This document shows positions 35,701 through 57,220 of a stretch of 64,000 nt of DNA, piece after piece (positions within the stretch are counted from its first letter, which is position 1; each line of letters begins with the position of its first letter). The translations under genes and the position numbers were made by a program. Below the pieces are notes generated by a model, which searched no databases, was not told where the DNA came from, and saw nothing but the letters and a program-made list of their open reading frames with translations. The stretch is from Pocillopora damicornis (lineage: Eukaryota): positions 434,001-498,000 of the forward strand of contig NW_020844656.1 of assembly GCF_003704095.1 (NCBI RefSeq), given 5' to 3'.

Positions 35701-37101
35701 ACGCCACAGTAAACATCAGTGTGGACAACATAAATAAGAGGAACGTGACGGGAAATATTTCAGGATGACCATATGTTGTGTTGAGTAGGCGGTATTGTAA
35801 CTGAACACAACAGAGTGGACATCTCAAAACAATCGGTGTTTCGCTGATGGTTTTGCTAAGAACTGTATTGTGCAATAAAGTTGATATCGCGTTGGATTTC
35901 GCCAAGAGAATGGACTGAGTGGAGTTTGTTCCGCCGAACTAGATTACTAATGTGACACGATGTCCTGTGTGGGTTGTAATGGTCTTCCTGGCCAGCAAAC
36001 GCAAGTTAGGGGCGGAGAAAATTGGTCATTGTCAAGTGATGTTTGTGAGGAGTCTCTCTATGTAATTGTTATGAGAAAAAGAAAGCGAGATAAAAACAAG
36101 GACTTAAAGTGAGTCCGATTGCTAAACGTATCTTATTCATAGTATTTCTGAAATACATTCTTAATCAGCGTATGTCAGTTACTTGCAATGATGTATTTTC
36201 TCTTAAGAACACGTAAATGAATTAGCCATGAGTTTTCCTCATGCAAGATCGAGAGAGTTTATAAACAACATCTGCCACTATATCAATTCATTTTGCAACC
36301 CATCGAAAAGTCACACGTTGACGGAAGAAAATGTAGGAAAATCGAACTCGACTGCATTCTTTCGATGGACTAGCAAAAACATTAAATCATTATCAGCAAA
36401 AGATTAAGTGTACAGGGCAACAAGATGCCTAAAAGCCCAGAGAAAATATTGCTTCTAGTCTCCGCCTTTAGGGCTGTGAACGCGAACTAAATGCCCACGG
36501 GCTTTTCAAGCTTATTTAACTTAACTTCTAGAATCTACTCCGATCAAGGAAAAAAAAAAAACAGCGATTACAAATAAGGGGGAAAAATGCTTATTTAAGA
36601 ATCCAATATCTTCGGTGTATTGTCAAAATTATTGTCAAAATTATTCCCAAATTTCAGTAAAGAAATCGCGAGTCGTTTCTTTCTAAAAAGTACCTTCTGA
36701 AACAAGTACATGGCAGAAAGAGATTATCAAAGTATTATTGAATTTTCTTGCGTTTTTTGGATCGTTCGTGGGCTATTAAAATGACAGCCTTAAAGAGGAG
36801 AGAATCTGCGATTAATCTTGTTATTATGACGATCAGCTCGTTGACCGACTAGTGGGGATGTATGTAAATCACCTACTCCCAAAAATAGATCGGAAGTTCG
36901 GCGTGATTGGTTAGTTTTGAATAAGTGCTCTTTTATTGGTGAAAATGACGTCAAATGCATTCTTAGTAGTTCTTACAACGAATTTTTTGTCTCGAATATC
37001 ACTCGTTGCTACCCGGTTGATCACAAGATATGAGATACGGATCGGACCGTAAAGATTTATATGAAGTCTCCGGGCGCTGATCACGATTTTCACACTTGAA
37101 A

Positions 37102-40100
37102 ATGGGAGATATGAAAGCTAAAGAAAACACTCACAAACCACTCGAGGAAGTTGTCCTGTCAACTTCTTGTCAGCTGAACAGAAAGCGATTTTCAGGGGCC
37201 CAGAGTTTTGATGTGCCATCGAGAAATTATGTGACTAAGAAACCTAACCTTTACTTGACAGAGAAAAGAAGTCCCAGTTTCCGTTCAATGCACGGCGACT
37301 CAAACGGATTGTCAAAGAGTATGGTCGATTTGCCGTCACGAAATCTGAACGGTTTTCGAAAGAGCGTCATGTTCGAAGAGGATATTTTTGCTCACAAGGA
37401 GATGTTGCAACGGGCTCGGAATCGCTTTAAGGAACTAGAACTGAAGTATCCTGAAATTTTCAAGAACTCTTCCAGAACGTCTTCGTTTTCTTCATCTGGT
37501 TCAAATCAGCCTAATGGAAGCATCGATCGCTCTCAATCGCTCGACCCGAAATCAGTTGAGCATCAAGAAATACAAACAACGAAATCAGATATATTACAAG
37601 TGCTTCGAAGTGGAACAAACGATCAGAGTTCCACTGTTGTTGCCACCACATCAAGACGGAGGCCTCCTCCTCTTTCGGTAGCTATGAAACTGCATAACCT
37701 CGAGGATAGTTGCGATAGTGCGTTTGATGATATCGACCGCGAGTCGGTACATTCAAAAACGTCCCATGAACCGACGCCGACCTCAATTAGCAAAAATCAC
37801 TTTCTTTACCCAGGAGAGAGCATGGAGTCAGACAAGGACAGTGGAATATCTACAGATCGTCCATGTACTCCAAATTCAAGGTCTTCCAGGCCTACAAGAT
37901 GGGAAGATCCACAACAAAGCGGCCAACAATCTTATCCGTCTACTCGATCGAAGTCACTGAGTTTGACAGCCTTGCCGTTGACAAATTCTCTGGAGTATGC
38001 TAGCTTCGACTCTGAGAGTCAGAGGAGTCGAAGTGTGGATCGACGAGGAATTCTTAAATCTGTGGCCTACAGAAATCAGGAAATTAAGACGGAAAGCTTT
38101 GATATCGCACCAAGTTCAAGCAATTCTTCTCTAAACTGTCAACGGAGTCGAAGCGGATCTTTGACTGAAGGTGTGAGAAGAGGTAAGTTCCAACACGACA
38201 TGATGATTTCTGGACCCAATCTTTGCACCTCTTTTCCTTTTTAAATAATTTTCTACATGTGTTTATTTATTTACATGGTGTTGATTAAGGGGTTTTGATT
38301 TTTTTATTTTTTTCAGAAAACCCTTTTAGTTTCCTGTTGAACGATCAATGAGATTAATCTTTGAATATTTCATAAGTTACAGCTAGCGAATTATTGCTAC
38401 CTTTGAGGCATGAAATGTATGCAAGTAGTTTGAACCTCTTGGGGTATTGATTTTCATTTAAGCGAGTTTTGTTACACTTTTTCTAAAGGAAAAATGTTGT
38501 CCTCTTTTTATTCAATACATATGTATTTTAACTAATTCTGAGATGCAAACAATGAATTAATATTGCACAGGATGAAACTGATTCGAACCTTGCCGATCTC
38601 AAACCTATTTTCGGTTGGGGTGCTATTTTGAATTTTTGTTTTGCGAGGCGGTGAAAGTAACATAAATTTAAATGTTATTTGGAGTTGAGTTTTCACTTGG
38701 GGGCGTCCGAAAGTCAGGAAGTAGTGGTAGTAGATATGTCTTCCATAATTTAATGACCACGAAATTTACGCACTTCTCTAGTCAAGGTCACCTAATGCTA
38801 TAAAAGAAGGTCACATTTTCTCGGTCTAATGTTGTTGTTGAGCGCCAGACGTATTGTTCGATTTTTATTTTACTTTTGGTGTTTTAAATAATTTTCAGAA
38901 ATGATTTGCTCGCCATTTTTATTTTGCCTTGGGCCATTTCCGAATGCTCGTTTCCGTCGAATGACGCAAAAACTATATGTAATATGTTTTCGATTAAGAT
39001 CTCCGTCTAAAAATAGTCTTCTAATCCAGAAATAAGTGAACACATTTGATTGAATTGGTTGGATTCAGGTGTCGGTGATTTAAGAATACCCAGAGAAATA
39101 AGAGTTGGTAGCATATTATATAAGTTAAATTTTTTTTGCGCTTTCGTGTCTTGCAAAATAGAGCAATATTTCCATTTTGCCCTATCGCTTACTTATTTAT
39201 TATCCTATATTTGTTCAATGTTTGGTTAAAAGGCTGATCAAAATTGATTGCTACTGGAAAAAGTGCCGATTTATGGCCGAGTAAGGAGTACATGTTATTT
39301 GTTCGATAATGGTTACATTAAAGCGATAGGAGATAATTTGTTACTGTGGGTAGCGCATTTGTTTACACTCTGTCGGCCTTTTAACAGGTAGCGTTGAAAG
39401 TAGACTGCGCGCGAAGATTTATTTTGCAAATTTTGCTAAAAATCAGGGGATGGGTGATATTTTTTTTCATTCATCATTCTCTTAACCAATAAATTATTTT
39501 CGCACCGTGGATGTGTGACAAGGAATCATTTTGCAACAGAAAGCCAGACAGCCGACTTTTTGAATTAATACCAACGCGATCTTTTGTTGCAATGTTTCAG
39601 AAAGACAATTTAGTCGAAGCTCAAACAATAACTAGTTAATATGAATGATCGTTTTTTACATTTATAAATTTATTTTTTGCTCTTTGTATCTACATGCAGT
39701 TAGTAGGAGTCGTAAAAATACATTTACTCAGTCAAATACTCTTTTTCTTAAATTATGTGACATACTCTCCAGAATAAAGAAAAAAAAATTTGTAAAACTA
39801 TTCATTAAAATTTTTACTTATTGGAATATTATATTTTGTCATAAAATGATTTGGAAACAAGTTTGAGAGTATATTGACCATTCATTTTCCTTGCTTTGAA
39901 AATCATTGTTACCATGTTTTTTAAATATATGTAATAGAAAAAAAAAAGATTTCCTTTGTATTTTCTTTCTTTTTTTGTTGATTTTGGTAAGATTAAAGGC
40001 TGTTGCTATTTTGCCTGCCAGCATGTACATGAAATATACCGTTTTTTTTTAAATTTGGTAATAATGGCAACTGTGCAGTAACAATGTAATTTCTTTGTTG

Positions 40101-41907
40101 AAAGTATCAAAAGGAAAAAAGCTTACTTCAAGCCTGAAGAATCAGAAGAAATTTAAATATTTTGTTCATTTGATTATTTTTTTTTTTGCTATTCATGGAT
40201 GTTTATGAATATAAGCACAATATCACAAGATTATAGAGATTAAATTATCTTATACAAATTAACAATTTTCTTAAAATAAACACAGCAATCCTGGAAGGAT
40301 ATCAGGAGTTGCCAACTAATGTGATAAATGTTGGGAGAGAAATTTACTTTTTCATTTATTGACTAGCTGTTTTAGAACACATTGTTCTATGTTCTATGTT
40401 GGCATGTTTGAGAATCAAAGCTAGCAATTAGTGGCTGTTTATAGACATATAAGAAAGGTATTTTCATGTATTACCTTGTGACATGTCATCAAGTTCTGCT
40501 TGGGTGCAATACTTTCAAGCTGCCAAATATTTCCTTCCTGATAAATATTTCCTGTTCATGTGCCTAGTTGTATGTAAATAAACAATTACTCTTTGGCACA
40601 TTTTCTTTGGATATATTTAGTAACAAGGGCTGTAATGTTTGAAATAATGTCTTCACTTGACCTTGGAACTTGATGTGCTAAATTGAATTTTGCATGATTT
40701 TAGATGGAATTTGTTTTTAATGTTTGTGTGTGTGCTAAACAAATGAGTTCGGCTGAATTTTTTTTTCAGTGTAAAGCAGCAAAATGTATTGCAGTTTTTA
40801 TGTTTATTCTAGACCACAAAGCACTTTCACTCCTGAGACCTGAGAGGGAATTTCTCTTACTGTCGTGACAATGCATTTTGTTGCTGGCTCTTACAAAGAG
40901 ATTTGGGTGACATCAACATAGTATCCACTTGATGATAATTTTCTCAATTCTCATCTTCTGTCTACCTGGTGGTCTAGTAACATTGTGTAAAGAATTTGTT
41001 TTCAGATCACAGATTGCCTTTCCTAATTTTGTTTTTTTGTTGTATTTTCACAGGTTCAAGCATTTATCGCAGGAACATCTTTTTGCAAAGTCGCAGTTTT
41101 AGTGGGAGCCAAGATGAGACAGATTCTGATGCAGAGACAGTGTGTAGTGTTCAAAGTGAGTATATTTTGCGGCCCCACATGTCAGCGCGTGACAGATATT
41201 TCAGCACATATCAGCTCAATACCATTTCTGAAGGAGAACCTAGAGACTTGATCAGAACCCAGAAATGGAGAAGCATGCCTGAGCTAGGTAGAAGTCACAG
41301 TCTTGGAAATGTGTCTTTCTATGGAGACTCTTTAGCTGCCGGTTTTGATGAAGATAGGAAGAAAAAGAAGAAACGAAAGTTTGGTCGCCGATCTGGTCTA
41401 TATGTTGTAAATGACATGCCAGTGAGTGAAAAACCCAGGTTGTCCATTGACAAAGGCAAGAGTAAAACAAAAAGTTCATCAATATTCCTTAAGAATAAGT
41501 CAAAGAAAGAATCTTCACACATTAATGAGCTGACAAAGAAATGGTTTGACTCTACAACTGCTGTGAGTCGGCCAACAGGAGGCCAGAGTTTGGGTAGAAT
41601 AGTAGCCATGCGGGAAGATCTTGGAAGTGCTTATGTCTTGGAATTACATAGGAGTTCTGGAGGATTATTTGGGTTTTTTATTCAAAAGGGTTATCAGCAG
41701 TACAAGAAAGGGGTGTTTGTTAGTCGAATAATGGACTGTGCCTCTTCAAAGTTTATGGCTGGTCTGTTAAATCCTGGAGATGAGATCCTTGATATAAATG
41801 GAGAAAGTACTGCAAGCAAGACAATGTCAGAAGTACACAATATTCTTGCAAATTCAGACAAACTTGTTTTGACTGTGTTACCATTTCTTGGACGTAAGGA
41901 TTGGTAA
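37102..41907 (+). CDS. Ser-rich disordered protein with a C-terminal Par6/KIAA1614-like PDZ domain; exons 37102-38182 and 41054-41907; about 644 aa
   Basis: Phase-1 junction AGA G|gtaagt ... ttttcacag|GT TCA joins two long ORFs. PDZ sequence LGRIVAM...VLELHRSSGGLFGFFIQKG...GVFVSRI...AGLLNPGDEILDINGE. Resemblance to KIAA1614 is from recall, not a search. Confidence 0.85.
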
Positions 41908-42484
41908 CCATTGCAAAGTTCTTTGGAAAATGAAGAACTGAAATTTATCTCTTGCATAACTTATTAACGATTTGTTTTAATGACAGTTTGATGACAGACA
42001 ACCAAATTGAACTGGTTTGGATACAGTATGACTCTCGTAGTTGTAAATTATTTCACAGTGAGTGTGACAACATACCAAGGTTATTGCATAGATTTTCAGT
42101 GTGGGTAACATTTTAGTTGCAAATTAAAAAGGTGGAAAATTCATATTAATGTTAAGATTTTGACCTTGAGTAAATTTTTCAATTAATTTAATTAGGAAAA
42201 CTTGAGAAAAAATAGGAATGGGCTTGATTGTGTTCCAAATAAGTGCTCTCTAATGGGAGGTCTGTCACAGTTAATGCAATTTTGTTAATTTTTCATAATT
42301 TTTTAAAATTGGTCTTTTGCAGATTCCTCACCACAACAATTTTTTCTGTCCTTAATTGTTCTCATTCCTTTGTTATCAAAGTTATGCTTCCCAGTCACAG
42401 AGGTCTAATTAGTCCACTGAACTCTGGATTGAAAAGGGTTGAGTTTGAAATTGTGTTTATGTTCTCTACTCTCACACAACCCAG

Positions 42485-42722
42485 GGCCGAGTTGTTCAAA
42501 GCTGGGTTAAGATAACCTGGAGTTAGTGTGAAATTTGATTTTAGATTTGAAAGCTTGAAGAGCCAATTCAGTTTAATTCTTTTTTACTACAATTTGATAA
42601 TTGAATGCTCTAAAAAAAATGGCTAAAATTATTCCAAAATGGCTTTTGAACAGAGAAATATAGAAACCTGGATTAAAATCTAACCCTGGGTTAGCACTAA
42701 TTGGCCTCTGAACAACTGGGTC
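42485..42722. mobile_element. PIF/Harbinger-like MITE with 15-bp TIRs and a 3-bp CAG TSD
   Basis: cag|ggccgagttgttcaa ... ctgaacaactgggtc|cag. Confidence 0.75.
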
Positions 42723-44065
42723 CAGGAGTATATGTTAATAACTGCTGTGTGGCTGGGAGACATAATAAAAATATGAGAGTAACAAGACATCTTGCTCAGC
42801 TGGAAGTAGCCATACTGTGGGATAAGCTTTGGCAGGGAAGCCAGGGCCTCTGACTTGAAAGCTAACTTCTGTATTTTGGTGTTTTTCTTTCTTACTAAAG
42901 TAATGTTTTGAGGTTTTCCTTTATTTATGTTACAATGGAAAATTTAATGTATCAAGAAATGGTACCTTGGAGGACTAATACCTTTCATTGTAAATATTTA
43001 TTTATTTTTACAACAAATCATGAATTAATTTATTATAATAAATTACATTTGGAATTTGGAACAGCAAGTAACATTGCTGTTATTTTTTAATGAATGTGTT
43101 GTACATAATGTAATCTGGTGAAAAGAGAGAATGCAGTTGCTATCACTCTTTACTTTGCCACAAGCACAAAATGTGGTTGTGTTATTTAAAAGATTTAACT
43201 TTATTTATTCTTCTCCATCCAATATTAATGCTTTCAATATTCATGTATATAAAGCAATTTATCAAAGTATTTTTTTGGGCCCATTATTTTTGTTGTGGCT
43301 CACTGACAGTTCAGTATTTGAAAAAGTATTGCATGATATTCCAAACATAACCTGAAATTTATGGTAACAGGTACTTACTCACTGTAAATAAAATTGTGGT
43401 AGTTTTATTTGTTTGAATGAATGTTGTAATAAGTATCTAATTTATTTCGATGCTGTAACAGCAATTAATGTTTGTTTGCTGTTTTTGGCAAGACAGGATT
43501 TCCAGGGGATAAACCTGAAATAAAGTTTGATGACTGACTCAGATATTTAAGTATTGGATTTCTTCATTCAAGGAATGATGCCCATCCTGGTTCTTTGTTT
43601 GTTTTCTTTTATGTTTTATTGACTTGTCTATTCACAATGTCAACTAGCATTCCCATCTTGTTGATCTAACTAACCAATAGCAACATCCCATTAAAGAATT
43701 TATTTAAAATGCCCGAGTCCTAAAAAGAACAAGATTGTGCATGATCAGAGACCTTAAACCTATGCTGCAACACTGATTACTTTTGATTGATCTTAACTAC
43801 ATTTTAGATAACCCTCCCCCACCACCAATATTCATGAGATGGACATTAAATTTCTTGAATCAAACCAAACTCCCAAGGTTGGATTGTTAATTCTCTCCTC
43901 TAGCTGCGACACATTTCCTTGTATATTTGATACAAAAATTTGGTGTTTGATCAATATAATATCACATACCTAATAAGTTTGAGTATTCTCACTACCAGTT
44001 TGCTGGATGTATTGATATTATAGGGAGAAGTTACTTGTCAATCACATCTGAGAGTTAAAGGGAAA

Positions 44066-44375
44066 ACCAGGAGTACTGCTACTCCCACATACAAGATACT
44101 GGTCAATCACATGTTAGCATCAGGTTTTCCTGATAGTTTGCAAGTACCCAGTTATACTCCTAAGAGCTTAGTTGTTTAAAGAGGTGATAATGCCATCCAA
44201 TAGAAAAACTGCATTCCAGCAGATAAGAGTGAAAAATGTGGTGCACTACCCACAGCATAGAGATTCATCCAGCCAATAGCATTATCCACCCTTCACATAA
44301 CCCAGGACTGGTGGAGAGAGGTATATTGGGAGTTAAGTATCTCATCAAAGAACACAACACAATGACCCCTCGCAG
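44066..44375 (-). mobile_element. Reverse-oriented SINE relic interrupted by a MITE
   Basis: gtacccagttatactcct [MITE about 44165-44310] ggtggagagagg...gagttaagtatctcatcaaagaacacaacacaatgacc: the two SINE halves rejoin across the MITE. Confidence 0.55.
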
Positions 44376-46044
44376 ACCAAATTACTCAGAGTCTTCTTTC
44401 TAGCAGCCCACTGGGCAGACCAAATTAATCAGAGTCTCCTTTCTTGCAGCCCGTTGGGCCAGCCTTTTTCCAATAAAAAATTCCCAGAAGCTAATGAGAC
44501 TTGTATCTGCATAGGTTCATCTGTGTTGTCTCAGATGTACATGTTTACATTGCTTGTATAACAGCAATATGGAAGTCATTTTCAATGGTTAAGCTGAGAT
44601 TATCTCTTCGCATCTGCTTGTGGGTAGTTATCATTTGACAGGCTCAACCCTAAAAAAGTCTTGAAAACCATAATTACAATTGTATCAATTTAATTTTTAT
44701 TTCTGATTACTGGTTAGTGATCTATTGAATTTTTAACATTGTTGTAATTCAGTTATCAGAGTTTATCATATCAGCATTATCTGTTTTTCAAAAATCATAC
44801 AATAAATATCATGAACACTAAGTAACTTCAGAATTTCTTTTCTCCACAAATGCAAAGGGTAATTGCACATAAGGTACACAATCAGATTGATGACAATAAT
44901 TTAATTGAAGTGACCTTTCTTTAAATAACAATTGATTGTTGGATTGAAACCTCATAACACTATAAATAAAACAATTCATAACAAATACCATATAACCATG
45001 CATGGAATTAATGACCTCTTAGAATAAGGAGCATCAATTAGAAACTGGTACTTACTATGTAAGAAACTTGTATTCTATGTACATGTGGTTTACTATCTTG
45101 CTAAAGAATCTGCCACAAAATTTTGTTCATATGTATGATTCATTATGTTTCATAATAAAGAGTTCAGGATGATATTCCTACAATGTCCAAGATGGATTTA
45201 CCACTAAATGTTTTCAGCCACAGATAATCTTCAAAATGTTTGAAAATTGATGTGAAATTCAACTGTTTATAGAAGTGTGTTTAGTTCTATCCAAATGTTT
45301 CTATGGTGAAGGTAGAGACAATTTCCACTTTAAAAATTACTTCCAAATGTTGCTCTGTTGCATGCAGAGTATCCCAACTCATGTAAGAGAGTTATGCCAC
45401 TACATGCTATTTAAAAAAAATCAAAGAAGAAGAAAAATCCAAACATAGAAAAACAAAACTAAGTGAAGTTGGAGAAGATTACCATAAGTTCAAAAATAAA
45501 AGAGAAACAACTTCAATATCTACACCATCTTGTCACTTGTTACTATGTGTTATTAATTGGAAGTTAATTTTTTACAGCTTCAATATTCATCCCTTATAGA
45601 TTATCTAAGTCTCAAAAACTGATGGGCGCATCATTGAAAATAGTGTCATTCAAGTAATTCTAAATGTATGTAAATTATTTACAGGGTGAAAGTTGTCTTT
45701 AGATTTGTATCACACAAATTCACAAGATTTCTACTAGATCTTCTTTAAGCACTAGGGTCACTGCGGTACTGCTTTCCTGTGGCAAAGATCTCTCTTTGGG
45801 TATAAATTGGTGATAAAAAATGACCTGAGCCAAATAGGAAATCATTTCAACTTCATTCAGTAGGCATCATCACATCAAATCAAAGTCTCAAATGGTTCAA
45901 ACACTTGACTGAACTCTGTGGCGGTGTTCTACAATTGAAAGACCTTTTCGTTGGCTTCAAAAGTTCCCATCATATTAGAGGAAACATCCCACAAACTCTC
46001 CTTTACTCTAAAGAGGCCAAACCTTAAAACGCACTTCCAATTTT

Positions 46045-55393
<9,349 letters not shown>

Positions 55394-55627
55394 CTTTCGT
55401 ACCTCGAGAGAACCCTCTTGCTTTGCTGATAAGTGTCTGCACTCTAAGTACCGTTCAGGCCTCGTTTGTTTTTAAATCGTCCAACACCATATGCCACCAC
55501 AATGCTCATCTTCACAAGGTTCTTTCTCCGACAGCTAATAACTTTATTACCTCCCTCAACAGAAACCGTCTTTTCATTATTTCTAAACGTGGTTTGTAAA
55601 TAATGCATCGCGCCAAAAACAAGACAG

Positions 55628-55706
55628 ACGCATGCGCGGAAAGAACTGCTAGATTAGCCGGCTCAGCGGAAACAGCTTAAAGGCTCAACCTGTCATTTAC
55701 TTCCGG
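55628..55706 (-). promoter_or_regulatory. WDR47 promoter: NRF1-like and ETS motifs
   Basis: ACGCATGCGC at 55628-55637 and ACTTCCGG at 55699-55706, in a CpG-rich stretch 235-310 bp upstream of the ATG. Confidence 0.55.
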
Positions 55707-56789
55707 TTGTATTTGTCTCACAATTATTAAAGATAATTGAACCGTGTTCAATTAGTGCTTTCTTGATGTTTTCAAGAATCAAATAAAATTTTACTAGACA
55801 ACATGCAGTTACCATAATACCTGACACAAAAAAAAATAAAGGATTTTCAACAAAATTTCCCTCGAGTGTAATTTTTGCAACAAGAGGAACAATAAATGTC
55901 ATTCCACAATTTTGTAAATATAAGTATGTGATACCAGACATCAAGGGTGTCTAAACTTCAATGATGTCATTACTCACGGCTTGCCTGAAGCCTACACTGT
56001 TTTCTGCAGTTCTGAGTGACAAATCCAGCAGCAGAGCAGGTTACATATCTCTTACCCTTTACTCAGTCTACTACTGACTAACTTAACACTCGTTTCACCT
56101 GGACAAAAGCCTCCTCCTTGTTTTCGTAAAACACTTGAGAAGGGAGAGGCTTTTTGAGCAGGATCTTGGGTGAAATTAGACATAACATAATTTTATAGAT
56201 CTCAAGAATATCCATGTACCTAATCTGTGTAACACTTGCACTAAGGGGAATTTCTGAGCAAAGTAATATGGACATTTGATTCACTTTGTAATTTTTGCAA
56301 GGGGCAAAAATCCTTAATTCTTTCAATTTCAACATTTTTTTTGGTGTGATAACTATGGTTAAAAACTTGATTGTTAAATATTTCAAAATTCTTCTTTTTG
56401 ATTGGTTCCTTTTGTCTCTTTAATCATTACATCATGCACTTATGCATTGGGATTTCAACTGTTTGCAATTGGACATCTGCATTGGGATATTTATATTTCT
56501 AATTTGTCATTTAAGCACTCTTTCATGGGTTCTTTTCCTTTCTCATAATGTTCATAGATGGTCACTAAAAAAAGGTCTTGATATCTTTAACCTTCAAATT
56601 CCCAGAGGTGACCAGACATGAATTTCTCTACAACAGCCATACACTTTCAAGCAGAAATGTGATGAGAAGTGAAATAATTACCTGTTAGGGGAATGTTTGG
56701 TTGACTACCAAATTCTTAGATCTTAAAATTATTGGTTATGAATGACAAAAAGAAGGGAGAATCTGTATTTAGATCTAGGGGTTGACAAG

Positions 56790-57080
56790 ACAGTGCCCTA
56801 ATGATTAGCATTCTGAAATCTGGACTAGAGATGTTGGTTTGAGCCTTGGACAGAGTCACTAAGCAGTGCTGTGTTTGCAGTTTTCACCCTCGTGGTGCCT
56901 CCCACAACTAAGAGAATAAATGAAAACATAAAAATTGTAAGGGAGACCTTAGAAACTATTAGAGGGTAACTTGTGATGGAATAACATCCCATCTTAGGGA
57001 GGGGGGGGGTGATGGAGATTCTATTTCCTAGATGCCATGGAAACCAGCATAGGCATCAGCTTCTATGGGAGTTAGTCTTA
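56790..57080 (+). mobile_element. Degenerate tRNA-derived SINE (V/CORE-SINE-like)
   Basis: Decayed A/B-box head (cctaatgattagc...ggtttgagcct), central gtgcctccc...aaatg and tail gggtaacttgtgatggaataacatcccatc...atgccatggaaacc. Family assignment is from recall. Confidence 0.5.
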
Positions 57081-57220
57081 TATGGAGAGATCACCTTACC
57101 CAAAACCCATTATTCTACTTAGAAAACAACTACAATTGTTAAATTTGGAGCCAGCAACCTAAGAGCTTTAATAAAAATTTTTGGACACTAACACATTGAA
57201 ACAGAACACACCACAAAAAT

